Below are positions 5,616-5,867 of a stretch of DNA of 5,867 bases, piece after piece (positions within the stretch are counted from its first letter, which is position 1; each line of letters opens with the position of its first letter). The stretch covers positions 1-5,867 of the forward strand of contig JAEOSI010000150.1 of NCBI GenBank assembly GCA_016840425.1, in the 5' to 3' direction. Origin of the DNA: Candidatus Wukongarchaeum yapensis (GTDB lineage Archaea > Asgardarchaeota > Wukongarchaeia > Wukongarchaeales > Wukongarchaeaceae). Position numbers and translations under genes: made by a program. Below the pieces are notes generated by a model, which was given only the letters and a program-made list of their open reading frames with translations, was not told the origin of the DNA and searched no databases.

Positions 5616-5670
5616 AAAACCCCGAAAATCCCCAAAATTCTCCAACAAAAAACGGAATACAAAATCCCCG
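5616..5670. repeat. Short degenerate direct repeats AAAA(T)CCCC in an intergenic region
   Basis: AAAACCCC at 5616-5623, AAAATCCCC at 5625-5633, AAAATTCTCC at 5634-5643 and AAAATCCCCG at 5661-5670. Confidence 0.6.
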
Positions 5671-5682
5671 CGCTAATAGTTT

Positions 5683-5693
5683 AAAATAAAAAA
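5683..5693 (-). terminator. Possible oligo-U terminator of the right-edge gene
   Basis: TTTTTTATTTT on the minus strand about 25 nt after stop 5718. Archaeal terminators are often oligo-U tracts, but such runs are common here. Confidence 0.3.
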
Positions 5694-5717
5694 TATATTA
5701 TTATTTGAATTGTTTTT

Positions 5718-5867
5718 TTATGCTACTGCCATTAATTCTGCTTCTTTGGTTTTCCTTTTGCTTTTCAGCCATTCCTGCACGCTAACAATGTTCCGCTTTT
5801 CAATCGCCTCTCTATGAATACTGTTCATCGTACAGAAAGGTATGATTTTCGCGACGCCCTGGTCTAT
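5718..5867 (-). CDS. 3' end of a gene truncated by the window edge: probable tetraether lipid synthase (Tes/GDGT-MAS, MJ0619 family) radical SAM protein
   Basis: Not in the ORF track. Minus-strand frame from 5867 reads IDQGVAKIIPFCTMNSIHREAIEKRNIVSVQEWLKSKRKTKEAELMAVA*. IIPFCxxN..HR..IE resembles the C-terminal motif I recall for this family (G[RK]IIPFCxxN). Only 49 aa are visible. Confidence 0.65.
   Translation of the reverse strand: MDQGVAKIIPFCTMNSIHREAIEKRNIVSVQEWLKSKRKTKEAELMAVA

Noticed and set aside
5718-5867. Methanopterin methyltransferase linked to glyA in a modified-folate cluster
   Set aside because: That was the older annotation of the MJ0619 family, since reassigned to tetraether lipid synthesis. 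The gene is also over 2 kb from glyA with unrelated genes between.

Overview
AT-rich archaeal chromosomal segment. The archaeal assignment rests on an intron-containing tRNA, TATA-like promoters, an archaeal-type SHMT and a probable tetraether-lipid synthase. A TACK/Asgard-type host is plausible but cannot be shown from this window. From left to right: (1) the 3' end of a gene encoding a Pro/Gln tandem repeat followed by a C-terminal helix resembling the Ena/VASP F-actin-binding (WH2-related) motif; (2) a hypothetical protein with a charged tail; (3) a divergent pair of serB (two ACT domains plus HAD phosphoserine phosphatase) and glyA; (4) a hypothetical protein; (5) tRNA-Thr(CGT) with a 48-nt intron at 37/38, whose candidate promoter lies in the loop of a 44-bp imperfect palindrome; (6) an orphan Pol-beta-superfamily nucleotidyltransferase with a helical, possibly HEPN-like, C-terminal region; (7) the 3' end of a probable Tes/MJ0619-family radical SAM gene missed by the ORF track. 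The best candidate for undescribed biology is the putative actin-regulator-like protein at the left edge. No searches or folding computations were run, so all family calls come from motif recognition by eye.
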